A DNA stretch of 63,844 nt from Ignavibacteriota bacterium (GTDB lineage Bacteria > Bacteroidota > Ignavibacteria > UBA10030 > UBA6906): NCBI GenBank assembly GCA_003158475.1, contig PMJR01000029.1, positions 1 through 63,844 on the forward strand, written 5' to 3'. Made by a program: the position numbers and the translations under genes. The notes under the pieces were generated by a model that did no database searches, had not been told where the DNA came from, and was given only the letters and a program-made list of their open reading frames with translations. Position 1 is the first letter of the stretch. Each line of letters begins with the position of its first letter. Shown piece after piece: positions 11,212 to 20,460 of the stretch.

Positions 11212-13551
11212 TCACCTGTCCAGTCCGACCCTTCTCAGCATGTCACGATATCGCGGGTTCGATTGTTGACTCTCCCATAAATGGTCAACTTTGAGCATAT
11301 CAAGAGGCTGAGATTTTTCTCGATATGCTCTTTCAAGCCAAGAATATGCATTGTTCGTGTCGTCGAGAATTGCGTACACACCTGCGACCGAGTAAGGGTC
11401 TATGGTCTTTCCCTTGTGCTTAGCAAGGTAGTTATTCAATAACTCCATCGCCTTTGGACGTTGTCCGCAAATTCCATAGTTCGCTGCACAGGTCAATTCA
11501 ATCCAGGCGTCGCCGTCAGCGGATTCAAGTGCAACGGATCTCTCCATGTGGAATACCGCGCTATCACAAAATCCCTTTGTTGCATATGACATGCTAAGGG
11601 TCGCGTGCAACAAAGGATCTTCCGGAAAACGCCGCAGAAAGCTCGTCCCGACTTGAATGGCTTCGGCGTAGCGTCCCAAGTACCAATATCCGTTAACCCT
11701 GTAGGTTCCATGCGCATCGAGTGAGGGATCAATCTCCAATGCCCGACTCCATCGTGCAATCCCCTCTTCTGATCGATCAAGACAAATGAGAACCCATGAG
11801 TAAAGCAACTGAATCTCAGCATCGCCGGGACTGATGTCCAAGGCGCGAAGAAAAGCTGCTTCGGAACCTTTCCAGTCATATTTCGCTAGACAAACCGTTG
11901 CCAGGGCCAAATGCGTATTGGAGTCTTGGTCATCAAGAGTAAGAGCAGTTTCTGCTGCCTGTTGCATGAGAGGGAATACCTCATTTGCAGAATAGTAGCC
12001 GCGCGCCATACCACCTTCGTACATCCTTACTGTAAGGCTATAAAAGGCGGGATAGGATGAATCAATCGCAATTGCCTGATGCAGGCAACCGAAAGCTGAT
12101 TCAAACTCTCGCTCATCCACCCACCAGTTGAAAAAGGTCTGTCGAGCCTTCAGGTAGAGTTCATAGGCCTTAGGGTCGACCTTGCGAGAGCGACTTAGGC
12201 GTGTGGCTTCATCGTGTGTAACTTCCACTCGTACCGCACCTACAAGCGCCTGGGCTATCTTGCTCTGGAGATCGAGAATATCATCCATGGCGCCATCGTA
12301 GGTCTCTGACCAGAGCGATCGGTCCGTCGCAGGGTCAATCAACTTTGCGATGATCCGAACACGTTTCCCGACGGAGAGAATTGATGCATCGACCAATGCT
12401 TTCGCGTGAAGCTCACGAGCGATGTCTGCATAGCTCGCCTGGCTCCCCTTGAACCTCATGGTACCTCTGATCGAAGGCACGTTAAGAGACGCAACATGCT
12501 GAAGCCTGGCTATGACTTCCTCAGTCATACCGTCTGCCAGGTATTCCTGTGTTGAATCCTTTGAAAGATTGTGGAAGGGAAGGACCGCCACACGATCGAA
12601 TACTTCACCTCCTCCTGTGGTGTAAAAGATCCCGATGACGGCAATGGCGACGACAACTACCGCGAGCCCGGCATAAGTGAGCCTACGGTTCTTGCCGACG
12701 ATCTTTCTTGTTTGATGTGAAAGTTGAGCCCCCGCTTTGTATGATTCAAGATCAGTAAGGAGGTCGGCGATAGTCTGGTACCGGTCCCTAGGGTCCTTCG
12801 CCATAGCTCGGCGGCAAATCTTCTCCAGCGCCTCGGGCACGTCAGGTCGAAGCTCTCGCATCGGCCTCGGATCCTCGTTCAGTATTGAGTAGACGAGGGC
12901 CTGCTCATAGTCACTTTCGTATGGTCTCTTTCCAGTGAGCATCTCATAGAACACCACGCCGAGTGACCAGATGTCGGTCCGCTTGTCCACCTCTTCACTG
13001 CGCGCCTGTTCCGGGGACATGTATGCCGCAGTCCCCATTGTTGTGCCGGTCTTGGTAAGGAGTGTCCTCCCCGAGAGTTTGGCAAGTCCAAAATCCAGGA
13101 TCTTTGCCGTCCCATCTTTTGTGACGATGATATTTGCCGGTTTGATATCACGATGAACAATACCAGATTCATGGGTTTTGGCCAGTCCCTGTGCAGCCTG
13201 GGTGACTATGCTCACAGCCTGATCAATGGGAAGTGGTCCCCGTTCAATTTTTCTTTTGAGCGTCTCCCCATCATAGCAGGCCATTGCAATGAACATCTGC
13301 CCGTCGACCGTTTCAGCGATCTCGTGAATGTTGCAGATGTTGGGGTGGTCAAGTGCTGAAGCAGCTTGCGCCTCGTGGCTGAACCGTTCTTTGGCGTCAG
13401 GATTGCTGGTAAGGGAAGGAGGGAGAAACTTGAGGGCGACAATCCGCTTGAGCCTGCTGTCCTCAGCTTTGTATACGACGCCCATTCCGCCGGCGCCCAG
13501 TTGCTCAAGAATTCTGTAGTGAGAGACCGTCTGACCGATGAGATTCGGCAC
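11212..13551 (-). CDS. Ser/Thr protein kinase with a transmembrane helix, TolB-N-like module and C-terminal TPR repeats
   Basis: 779 aa, GTG start with GAGGAA RBS. Motifs: GAGGMGVVYKA, VALKFL, HRDIKPANI, DFGLAK, SPEQ. TM helix: LAVVVVAIAVIGIFY. The C-terminal half has TPR-like repeats. Confidence 0.85.
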   Translation of the reverse strand: MPNLIGQTVSHYRILEQLGAGGMGVVYKAEDSRLKRIVALKFLPPSLTSNPDAKERFSHEAQAASALDHPNICNIHEIAETVDGQMFIAMACYDGETLKRKIERGPLPIDQAVSIVTQAAQGLAKTHESGIVHRDIKPANIIVTKDGTAKILDFGLAKLSGRTLLTKTGTTMGTAAYMSPEQARSEEVDKRTDIWSLGVVFYEMLTGKRPYESDYEQALVYSILNEDPRPMRELRPDVPEALEKICRRAMAKDPRDRYQTIADLLTDLESYKAGAQLSHQTRKIVGKNRRLTYAGLAVVVVAIAVIGIFYTTGGGEVFDRVAVLPFHNLSKDSTQEYLADGMTEEVIARLQHVASLNVPSIRGTMRFKGSQASYADIARELHAKALVDASILSVGKRVRIIAKLIDPATDRSLWSETYDGAMDDILDLQSKIAQALVGAVRVEVTHDEATRLSRSRKVDPKAYELYLKARQTFFNWWVDEREFESAFGCLHQAIAIDSSYPAFYSLTVRMYEGGMARGYYSANEVFPLMQQAAETALTLDDQDSNTHLALATVCLAKYDWKGSEAAFLRALDISPGDAEIQLLYSWVLICLDRSEEGIARWSRALEIDPSLDAHGTYRVNGYWYLGRYAEAIQVGTSFLRRFPEDPLLHATLSMSYATKGFCDSAVFHMERSVALESADGDAWIELTCAANYGICGQRPKAMELLNNYLAKHKGKTIDPYSVAGVYAILDDTNNAYSWLERAYREKSQPLDMLKVDHLWESQQSNPRYRDMLRRVGLDR

Positions 13552-13571
13552 GACAATTCCTCTTCAGGAGG

Positions 13572-13622
13572 GAAAACAAAAGGGCATCCGACACCTCTTA
13601 TGGAGAGGTATGTGGGGTGCCC
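13572..13622 (-). terminator. Intrinsic terminator after mocA (end of the long minus-strand gene array)
   Basis: Minus-strand RNA: GGGCACCCCACATACCTCT-CCATA-AGAGGTGTCGGATGCCC. This is a long imperfect hairpin (8 inner and 5 outer base pairs) followed by TTTTGTTTTCC. It lies only ~20 nt upstream of the kinase GTG. Confidence 0.55.
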
Positions 13623-13674
13623 TCATCAAAGAACTGATGGCGGCAAGGTAGGGGAGAACCGCACCAAAATCAAA

Positions 13675-14247
13675 TCAGCGGTGGGCGGAAACGTCCGGTG
13701 CTGTGTCGACGTCGAGCATCCCGTCAGGCCATGGAAGCGTAACGAGTTCCTCCGCGTGCGCGAGCAATACCCGTTTTGCTCCCCTGTCCCCTTTGAGAAG
13801 AAGGAGTTCCCCGAACAGAGCGCGGGGGAAGAGGGCCGGGACCCCCGCGGATCCGCCGTACGCGCTTGCAACGGGGCGCTCCGGCGTCCGTCCAAAAGCA
13901 TCGATCAGCGCATTCAGATGCCCCACCGTCAACCGGGGTTGATCGCAGACCATCAGGAGAGCCCCTTCGGACGCAGGAGAGAGGGATGTGATCCCGTGAC
14001 GGATCGACGAGCCGATGCCGTCACGCCAGAGAGCGTTTTCCAGCACACGCACGCGGAGTCCGTCGAGGTCGCTGCGCATCTCGGGGGCGTCGTGCCCGAG
14101 AACCACCAGGACCTCTTCGGCGCGCGAGGCGCACGCCGTCTCGGCAGCACGCCGAAGCAATGACCGCCCCTGGAAGTGCACGAGTTGTTTCGGCCTGCCG
14201 AGGCGGGAGGAAGCGCCGGCTGCAAGTATGACCGCCGAGACGTTCAC
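13675..14247 (-). CDS. MobA-like NTP transferase, MocA/YgfJ family (molybdenum cofactor cytidylyltransferase-like)
   Basis: 190 aa. Motifs: AVILAAGASSRLGRPKQL and LMVCDQP. 4-nt overlap with xdhC. Confidence 0.75.
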   Translation of the reverse strand: MNVSAVILAAGASSRLGRPKQLVHFQGRSLLRRAAETACASRAEEVLVVLGHDAPEMRSDLDGLRVRVLENALWRDGIGSSIRHGITSLSPASEGALLMVCDQPRLTVGHLNALIDAFGRTPERPVASAYGGSAGVPALFPRALFGELLLLKGDRGAKRVLLAHAEELVTLPWPDGMLDVDTAPDVSAHR

Positions 14248-15365
14248 CGGTGTATCGGGCCCTTCCGGGTGCGGAGGGGCGTGCCGGGCCGTTCGTGCAG
14301 CGTCGAGAGTATCTCGGCGACGATCGCAAGCGCGATTTCCTCCGGGGTTTCGGCTCCGATATCGAGCCCGACGGGAGAGTGTAATCGCGCAATCTCATCC
14401 TCAGTCGGAATGGTTCCTTCCTCGGCCAGGCGCCCCATGACGAGGTCCGCCTTCGCGCGGGGGCCGAGAAGACCGACGTACAGCGCCCCTGAGGCCAGCA
14501 GAGACCTGACCAGTGCCACGTCAATCTCGAAATTGTGTGTCATGATCACCGCCACCGCTCCCCGTGGGACGGCGATACCATCGCGGGTTTCTCCCGGGTG
14601 GGCCAGCACCAGTTCATCGGCCGAAGGGAACGACTCCTTTTTGAGGTACGCGGGTCGCCAGTCCACAACCGTCACGTGCCAGCCGAGCTCCTTTGCCAAT
14701 CGCACAAGCGGTGCGGCGTCCGGTCCGGCGCCGAACACGAAGAGTGAAACGGGGAGGGAAAGAAACTCGATGAATGCTTCCGTCTTCCCACCGGGGAGAG
14801 TGACCGTCAGTTGCGAGGATTTCTCGGTGGAGAGCGCGCTGGCGCAGGCCCGCCCGAGCGCTCGGGTCAGCGAATCATCCGTCCCTCCCCCCTCGAGAGT
14901 GGTTCCCTCTCTCATGAACACCCGGGAACCTGTACTCTCTCCCGTGGCACCGGCCAGGGCGTAGGGCGAGGCGATTGCGCCGGCTGAGCGCATGCGGCGG
15001 CACTCCTCGATGAACTCCAAAACCCTGCATACCTCCGCGCCCGAGACGCGCTCGAGCAGCACATCGGCGATACCCGTGCACCCGAGACCGAGCCCCCAGA
15101 GCACATCGTCCGGCGACGTGGAATCGTATCGCACCAGGCGCGGTACCCCGGTCGCAATCACCTCCGCCGAACGCTCGCGGAGATCGCTTTCCAGGCAACC
15201 GCCGCTGATGAGCCCCGCGGAACGGCCGTCGCCGGTCAACAGCATGCGCGCGCCCGGTCTCCTGTACGTTGAACCGGTCGTCCTGACAACGGTTGCCAGG
15301 ACTCCGTTGGCGCCGGTGGCGCGGAGCGACTCGTAGAGTGCGAATATGTCAGCGTGCTCCTTCAT
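14244..15365 (-). CDS. XdhC/CoxI-family molybdo-enzyme maturation protein
   Basis: 373 aa. N-terminal XdhC_CoxI-like region (LATVVRTTGSTYRRPGARMLL) and C-terminal Rossmann-like region (LFVFGAGPDAAPL). Confidence 0.75.
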   Translation of the reverse strand: MKEHADIFALYESLRATGANGVLATVVRTTGSTYRRPGARMLLTGDGRSAGLISGGCLESDLRERSAEVIATGVPRLVRYDSTSPDDVLWGLGLGCTGIADVLLERVSGAEVCRVLEFIEECRRMRSAGAIASPYALAGATGESTGSRVFMREGTTLEGGGTDDSLTRALGRACASALSTEKSSQLTVTLPGGKTEAFIEFLSLPVSLFVFGAGPDAAPLVRLAKELGWHVTVVDWRPAYLKKESFPSADELVLAHPGETRDGIAVPRGAVAVIMTHNFEIDVALVRSLLASGALYVGLLGPRAKADLVMGRLAEEGTIPTEDEIARLHSPVGLDIGAETPEEIALAIVAEILSTLHERPGTPLRTRKGPIHR

Positions 15366-16824
15366 GGAGGACCTCCTTTGAACGCGCCGTCGCGCGGATC
15401 AAATCCCATGCCGCATCGACATGCTGCTGTGTGACATTGGTCTGGCTTGCGACGAGTCGGAGCGCGAATCGGCCGTTCAGCCTTGTATGGGTAATGAACA
15501 GGCGTCCGGATTTGTTGAGTGCATCCAGGAGCGCGGAGTTCATCGTGTCGAGCGTCGCCGGATCGTCGGTCCCCGCGGGGTGGTAGCGGAAACAGACCGC
15601 CGTCAGGGGGACCGGGGCCAGAAGTTCGAAATCCGACGCCTCACCGACATTCCGCGAGAACGATTGTGCAAACGCCAGGTGGCTTCTGATCCGCTCACGG
15701 AGTCCCTCAACGCCGAAACTCCTTATGACGAACCAGAGCTTCAGCGCCCGGAACCGCCGGCCGAGCGGGATTCCCCAGTCCCGGTAGTTGTGGACGCGGT
15801 CCTGCTCCGGGGTTTTCAGGTATTCGGGGAGTATCTCGAACGTCCTGACGAGCGACGCCGCGTCCCTCACGAAGTATGCAGAGCAATCGAAATTCGTGAA
15901 CATCCACTTGTGAGGGTTGAACACGAATGAATCGGCGAATTCGATTCCCTCGATCATCCACCGTTTCTCCGGGAGAAGAAGGGCCGTCCCCGCATAGGCG
16001 GCATCGACATGCAGCCAGATGCCGTGCCTGCTGCATATCTCGCCCAGACGCTTCAAAGGATCGATCGCAGTCGAACCCGTGGTGCCGATTGTCGCCACGG
16101 CGCACAGGGGTTCGAAGCCAAGTGAAAGGTCGCGGGCAATCGCCCTTTCAAGCTCCTCGGGGACCATCGCAAACCCTGCGTCGACGGGGAGCTTGCGAAG
16201 GGCGGCAGCGCCGAGCCCCGCGATCTTCACCGCTCGTTCAATCGAGGAATGTGTTTCCGTCGACGCGTACACCGTGAAGCGCCGTTCTCGGGAGAAGCCT
16301 TCCGCATTCACGCGGAACTCCGTCCTCCTTTCGCGCGCTGTCAGAATCGCGCAAAGCGTTGCCGTGGATGCCGTATCCTGTATAACGCCGGTAAAGGAGG
16401 GAGGGAGGCCGGTCATCTCTCCGAGCCACTGCATCATCCGCTCTTCCAGCTCGGTTGCCGCCGGCGACGTCACCCAGCTCATGCACTGAGCCCCCATCGT
16501 CGCGGTCAGCATTTCCGCGAGAATGGACGGGGGACTGTTGTTCGCGGGGAAGTATGCGAAGAACGAGGGATGCTGCCAGTGTGTCATTCCGGGGACGATC
16601 GTATTCCTGAAATCGGCGAATATCGTACCGAACGGCTCTCCGGCCGGCGGGGGATGAAGTGGAATCCGTCCGATGATGTCACCGGGCCCGACGGTCGACC
16701 TGACGGGGAAGTGTTCCACCTCCTGAAGATAGTCGGCCATCCAGTCGACGAGCTCGTGGGCGTACGTCCGGAATTCCTGGTTCGTCATCATGGGGACGCC
16801 GGGGTGTCCGGGCTCTTCATGCAT
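15349..16824 (-). CDS. PLP-dependent aromatic-L-amino-acid / group II decarboxylase
   Basis: 491 aa. Motifs: THWQHPSFFAYFPANNSPPSILAEML and PLP-lysine motif NPHKWMFTNFDCS. The start may instead be the MMTNQEF Met pair (16791/16788). Confidence 0.85.
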   Translation of the reverse strand: MHEEPGHPGVPMMTNQEFRTYAHELVDWMADYLQEVEHFPVRSTVGPGDIIGRIPLHPPPAGEPFGTIFADFRNTIVPGMTHWQHPSFFAYFPANNSPPSILAEMLTATMGAQCMSWVTSPAATELEERMMQWLGEMTGLPPSFTGVIQDTASTATLCAILTARERRTEFRVNAEGFSRERRFTVYASTETHSSIERAVKIAGLGAAALRKLPVDAGFAMVPEELERAIARDLSLGFEPLCAVATIGTTGSTAIDPLKRLGEICSRHGIWLHVDAAYAGTALLLPEKRWMIEGIEFADSFVFNPHKWMFTNFDCSAYFVRDAASLVRTFEILPEYLKTPEQDRVHNYRDWGIPLGRRFRALKLWFVIRSFGVEGLRERIRSHLAFAQSFSRNVGEASDFELLAPVPLTAVCFRYHPAGTDDPATLDTMNSALLDALNKSGRLFITHTRLNGRFALRLVASQTNVTQQHVDAAWDLIRATARSKEVLHEGAR

Positions 16825-19237
16825 GCTTCTTCTGGGTTTTCGCGAATTGCTTCAACTTCGCGGCGACCTTCGCATGGACTTTCACGGCGGGGACGCCCGT
16901 CAGTATGGCGACCCCCTCGTCGATCGACCGTACTGCATGAACGTGAAAGAGGTTCTTCCGAACAGCGTCGGTCACATCGTGTCTGAGCATCAGGTCGCCG
17001 ACATTCTGATGAGGAATAATCACCCCCTGCCTTCCGTTGAGCCCCCTGGTCCTGCAACAGTCGAAAAATCCTTCGATCTTCAGGTTGACACCCCCGATCG
17101 GCTGAATGTCTCCGTGCTGGTTCACCGAGCCCGTCACGGCGATCCCCTGGTCGATCGGGATTCCGGAAAGGCTGGAGAGAATGGCATAGACCTCCGAAGA
17201 CGAAGCGCTGTCGCCGTCCACTCCCGAATACGACTGCTCGAAGGCGAGGCTGGCGCTCAGCTCGAGCGGGTGTTTCTGCGCGTATTTTCCCCTGAGATAT
17301 CCTCCCAGTATGAGCACCCCCTTGTTGTGCGAGGGACCGCTCATGGAAGCTTCCCGCTCGATGTTGATGATCCCCGAGCGGCCCACCGAAGTTTTCGCAG
17401 TGATCCGGGCCGGTTTGCCGAATTCATGCTCCCCGGTCTGGTACACGCTCAGCCCGTTCACCTGTCCCGTCACCTTTCCTTCGGTATCGATCATGATCGA
17501 ACCATCGTCGATCATCTCCTGGATTTTCTCTTCCACGAGCCGCACCCTCTCAATACGCTCGTTGATCGCCTTGCGCACATGGTCCGCCGTCACCTGCACA
17601 GCCTTCTCGCGGGTGGCCCAGTAATTCGCCTCGCGGAGGACGTCGGCGAGTATGCTGAACCGCGTCGACAGCTTGTTCTGACGTCCTGCCAGCCGTACCC
17701 CGTACTCCACCACCTCACAGAGGGCGGAGGTATCGAACGTGAACAGCTGCTCCCGGTCGCACAGTGTCTTGATGAATGAGAGGTAGCTCCTGATGCCTTT
17801 ATCCTCGTTCAGCATTTCAACATCGAAGTCGGCCCTGATCTTGAAGATCTTCTTAAAATCCTCATCGTTTTCGTAAAGGACCTGGTACATCGGAGAATCG
17901 CCGATCATTATCACCTTCACATCGAGGTCGATCGCCTGAGGTTTGAGCGCGGAGTTCGAGCCGAGGAGGCCGGACTCGGGAGGCTGGATTTCGATCTGCC
18001 GGTTGCGGAGGATCCTCTTCAGCGTGTTCCACACACCGGGCTCCGAGAGTGCGTCCAGCGCGTTCAGCACAAGGTATCCGCCGTCCGCCTTCACGATTGA
18101 TCCGGCCTTGATGAGCGTGAAATCGGAGCGCCAGACTCCATTCCTGTCCACCTCCCTGTCGATCGTCCCGAAGAGGTTTTTGTACCGGGGGTTCATTTCG
18201 AGGACGACGGGTGCTCCCTGCACGCCGCTGTTGTCTGCGATCACGTTCACCTCGAACTCGAAGAATGTATCCTCCTCGCGGGAGATCTGCATCCCGAGCA
18301 CGGACGCCTGCTGCTCCTCCTTCTGGTGGAACCTTGCAAGGTTGTCCAGGATGCTCTTCTTCACCTCCCCCACGTATGCCTCGAGCCCCTCCGCACTGAA
18401 CTTCCCGCGGATTTCCTCCAGGAGCTCCTCCACCACGGGCACCATGATCTTATGGTTGAGGTCGTCAAGCGATTTCTTTGCGCGCCGCTCGATGTTCCGC
18501 ATCTCCCTCATGACGATGTCCATCTGTCCTTCCAGCTCCGCCTGCTCTGCAGTCAGGCGATTGAGCTCGTCCCGCGAAAGTTCACCCGACTCGACCTTCC
18601 CCTGAAGTTGATCCAGGCCGATGGGGTTCCCTTCGATGACGGGAGCGATCTCCGGACGGTTCGTCGGTCCACCCTGCACCTGAACAACCTCAAAGCCCTT
18701 CTTCTTCACTTTCTTCTCGAAGTCCTTCAACACACTCCGCTGCCGGTCCTGGAAGTGCTCGAGCATTCCTTTCCGCTGCTCGATGTAACGGCGGCTTTCG
18801 AACACGCCGGGAATGCCCTTCTGGAGGTCGTCGAGGAAAGTGCCCATCTCGCGCTTGAACGCCATCCCTTGGCCCGCCTGGAAGGCGAGCATGATCGGCG
18901 CATCCGGATTGCGGAAATTGTGCACATACACCTTGTCGGTCAGAGGAAGCTTCCGGCCTTCGAACTCGCGCAGCATCCGCTGGATGGCAGTCATCCGGCC
19001 TGTCCCGGGGAGTCCGGTGACAAATATGTTGTATCCGTAATGTTTCATTTCGAGGCCGACTTGGATCGCCTGAAGGGCGCGCTCCTGTCCGATAATGCTG
19101 CGCGACGGCATGACATCGGCCATGTCGGCAATGTGAAGCATGTCGGGGGTGCAGCGCCAGCGAAGCTTGTCGGCAGGGAGCTCCGTCCGGCCGGATTTCG
19201 GGCGTGGAGTACGGCGGCGGGGAGGTTTTTTCGGCAT
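16817..19237 (-). CDS. Lon-like protease with degenerate AAA+ motifs and a coiled-coil insertion (LonC-like)
   Basis: 806 aa. Walker-A-like GLPGTGRMT has Lys->Arg and Ser/Thr->Met. The Walker-B position reads GGYLVLNALDAL, with no DE. There is a ~150-aa charged helical insertion. C-terminal Lon protease domain: GVDGDSASSSEVYAILSSL ... GGVNLKIEGF. Confidence 0.8.
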   Translation of the reverse strand: MPKKPPRRRTPRPKSGRTELPADKLRWRCTPDMLHIADMADVMPSRSIIGQERALQAIQVGLEMKHYGYNIFVTGLPGTGRMTAIQRMLREFEGRKLPLTDKVYVHNFRNPDAPIMLAFQAGQGMAFKREMGTFLDDLQKGIPGVFESRRYIEQRKGMLEHFQDRQRSVLKDFEKKVKKKGFEVVQVQGGPTNRPEIAPVIEGNPIGLDQLQGKVESGELSRDELNRLTAEQAELEGQMDIVMREMRNIERRAKKSLDDLNHKIMVPVVEELLEEIRGKFSAEGLEAYVGEVKKSILDNLARFHQKEEQQASVLGMQISREEDTFFEFEVNVIADNSGVQGAPVVLEMNPRYKNLFGTIDREVDRNGVWRSDFTLIKAGSIVKADGGYLVLNALDALSEPGVWNTLKRILRNRQIEIQPPESGLLGSNSALKPQAIDLDVKVIMIGDSPMYQVLYENDEDFKKIFKIRADFDVEMLNEDKGIRSYLSFIKTLCDREQLFTFDTSALCEVVEYGVRLAGRQNKLSTRFSILADVLREANYWATREKAVQVTADHVRKAINERIERVRLVEEKIQEMIDDGSIMIDTEGKVTGQVNGLSVYQTGEHEFGKPARITAKTSVGRSGIINIEREASMSGPSHNKGVLILGGYLRGKYAQKHPLELSASLAFEQSYSGVDGDSASSSEVYAILSSLSGIPIDQGIAVTGSVNQHGDIQPIGGVNLKIEGFFDCCRTRGLNGRQGVIIPHQNVGDLMLRHDVTDAVRKNLFHVHAVRSIDEGVAILTGVPAVKVHAKVAAKLKQFAKTQKKHA

Positions 19238-19239
19238 TG

Positions 19240-20460
19240 TCAGTATTCTTTTCTGTTAGCGTAGAGGTTCATCAGTATCCCCACCATCGACATTGCCGAG
19301 AGGAGCGCCGACCCTCCGTAGCTGACAAAGGGGAGAGGGATGCCTATCACCGGGAGGAGGCCGATCGACATACCGATGTTGAGGAAAATGTGGGTGGCGA
19401 ATATCGCCGTCAGCCCGATTGCCACGAACCCGCCGTACCGGTTCTTCACGATCGACCCGAGCGTCACCCCGCGGATGAGGAACGCCATGAAAAGGAGGAG
19501 CACGGTGGCGGCCCCGAGGAAACCGAATTCTTCGCCCGGCACGCAGAAGATGAAGTCCGTCCACTGCTCGGGGATGAAGTTCAGCTGCGTCTGCGTCCCC
19601 CGCAGGAACCCTTTGCCGAAGAATCCCCCCGAGCCGATGGCGACCTTCGACTGGAGTATATTATAGCCGGCCCCGAGAGGGTCAGCATTCGGATCGAGGA
19701 ATGTCGCGATCCGCTTTTGCTGATAGTGTTTGAGTCCTTCGTAGATGAACTGGACGGAAACGCCGATGAGGACGGTCAGGGAGAACACTGCCGCCGCGAA
19801 AATCCAGTCCTCCCTGGTAAGATAGATGAGCACGCCGAACACAAGCACGGCCGTCAGGAACGGGGTCGTACCGAAGAGCGCAGCCACCGCCGTTGCCACC
19901 GGAGCGACGATTGCCACGAGCGTGAACCGTGACGCACCCCCCCAGAAAAGGACGGGGAAGAACATGCCGAAGAAGATGAGGGCGGTCCCGGTATCGGGTT
20001 GCATCATGATCAGCGTGACAGGGAGGAGGACGATGCCCGCTGCGATCGCGAGATCCCGCATTTTCCTGAGGGAGACGTCGCTCCGTGAAAGGTACGTTGC
20101 GAGAGCGAGGACGGTGGTGATCTTGGCGAATTCTGAAGGCTGCAGGCGGACCGAGCCGAGGTTAAACCAGCTCATCGAACCCGACACGGTTTTCCCCAGG
20201 ATCAGGACGGAGACCAGCAGGAGTATGGAAACAAAATAGGCGGGGTACGAGGCCAGCTGCAGAAGCCGGAAAGGGACAACGGCAATGGCAGCAAGAGCAA
20301 GAAGTCCGATACCCACCCAGACCACCTGCTTGTGAAATATCTCCGCAGCGCGCGCGTCGTATGTCGCGCTGTAGATCGAGATGATTCCTATCATGACAAG
20401 CGCCAGGGCGATCAATGCGGTCTTGTAGTCGATCCGCTCTTTGATATCCTGGTACATCAT
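19240..20460 (-). CDS. rodA: Rod-shape SEDS peptidoglycan polymerase RodA
   Basis: 406 aa, polytopic. Motifs: FtsW/RodA/SpoVE family, GIPLPFVSYGGSALL. ATGA overlap with the mrdA stop. Confidence 0.9.
   Translation of the reverse strand: MMYQDIKERIDYKTALIALALVMIGIISIYSATYDARAAEIFHKQVVWVGIGLLALAAIAVVPFRLLQLASYPAYFVSILLLVSVLILGKTVSGSMSWFNLGSVRLQPSEFAKITTVLALATYLSRSDVSLRKMRDLAIAAGIVLLPVTLIMMQPDTGTALIFFGMFFPVLFWGGASRFTLVAIVAPVATAVAALFGTTPFLTAVLVFGVLIYLTREDWIFAAAVFSLTVLIGVSVQFIYEGLKHYQQKRIATFLDPNADPLGAGYNILQSKVAIGSGGFFGKGFLRGTQTQLNFIPEQWTDFIFCVPGEEFGFLGAATVLLLFMAFLIRGVTLGSIVKNRYGGFVAIGLTAIFATHIFLNIGMSIGLLPVIGIPLPFVSYGGSALLSAMSMVGILMNLYANRKEY

Noticed and set aside
8001-13675. Direct repeats GCAGGAAAATCAAAG (8001-8015) and GCACCAAAATCAAAT (13661-13675) as att-like boundaries of the low-GC segment
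   Set aside because: Only a 9-nt exact core (AAAATCAAA) matches, in AT-rich spacers. My rough estimate of a chance match between two ~150-nt regions is about 0.1 or more. No integrase is present, so the repeats are not compelling.
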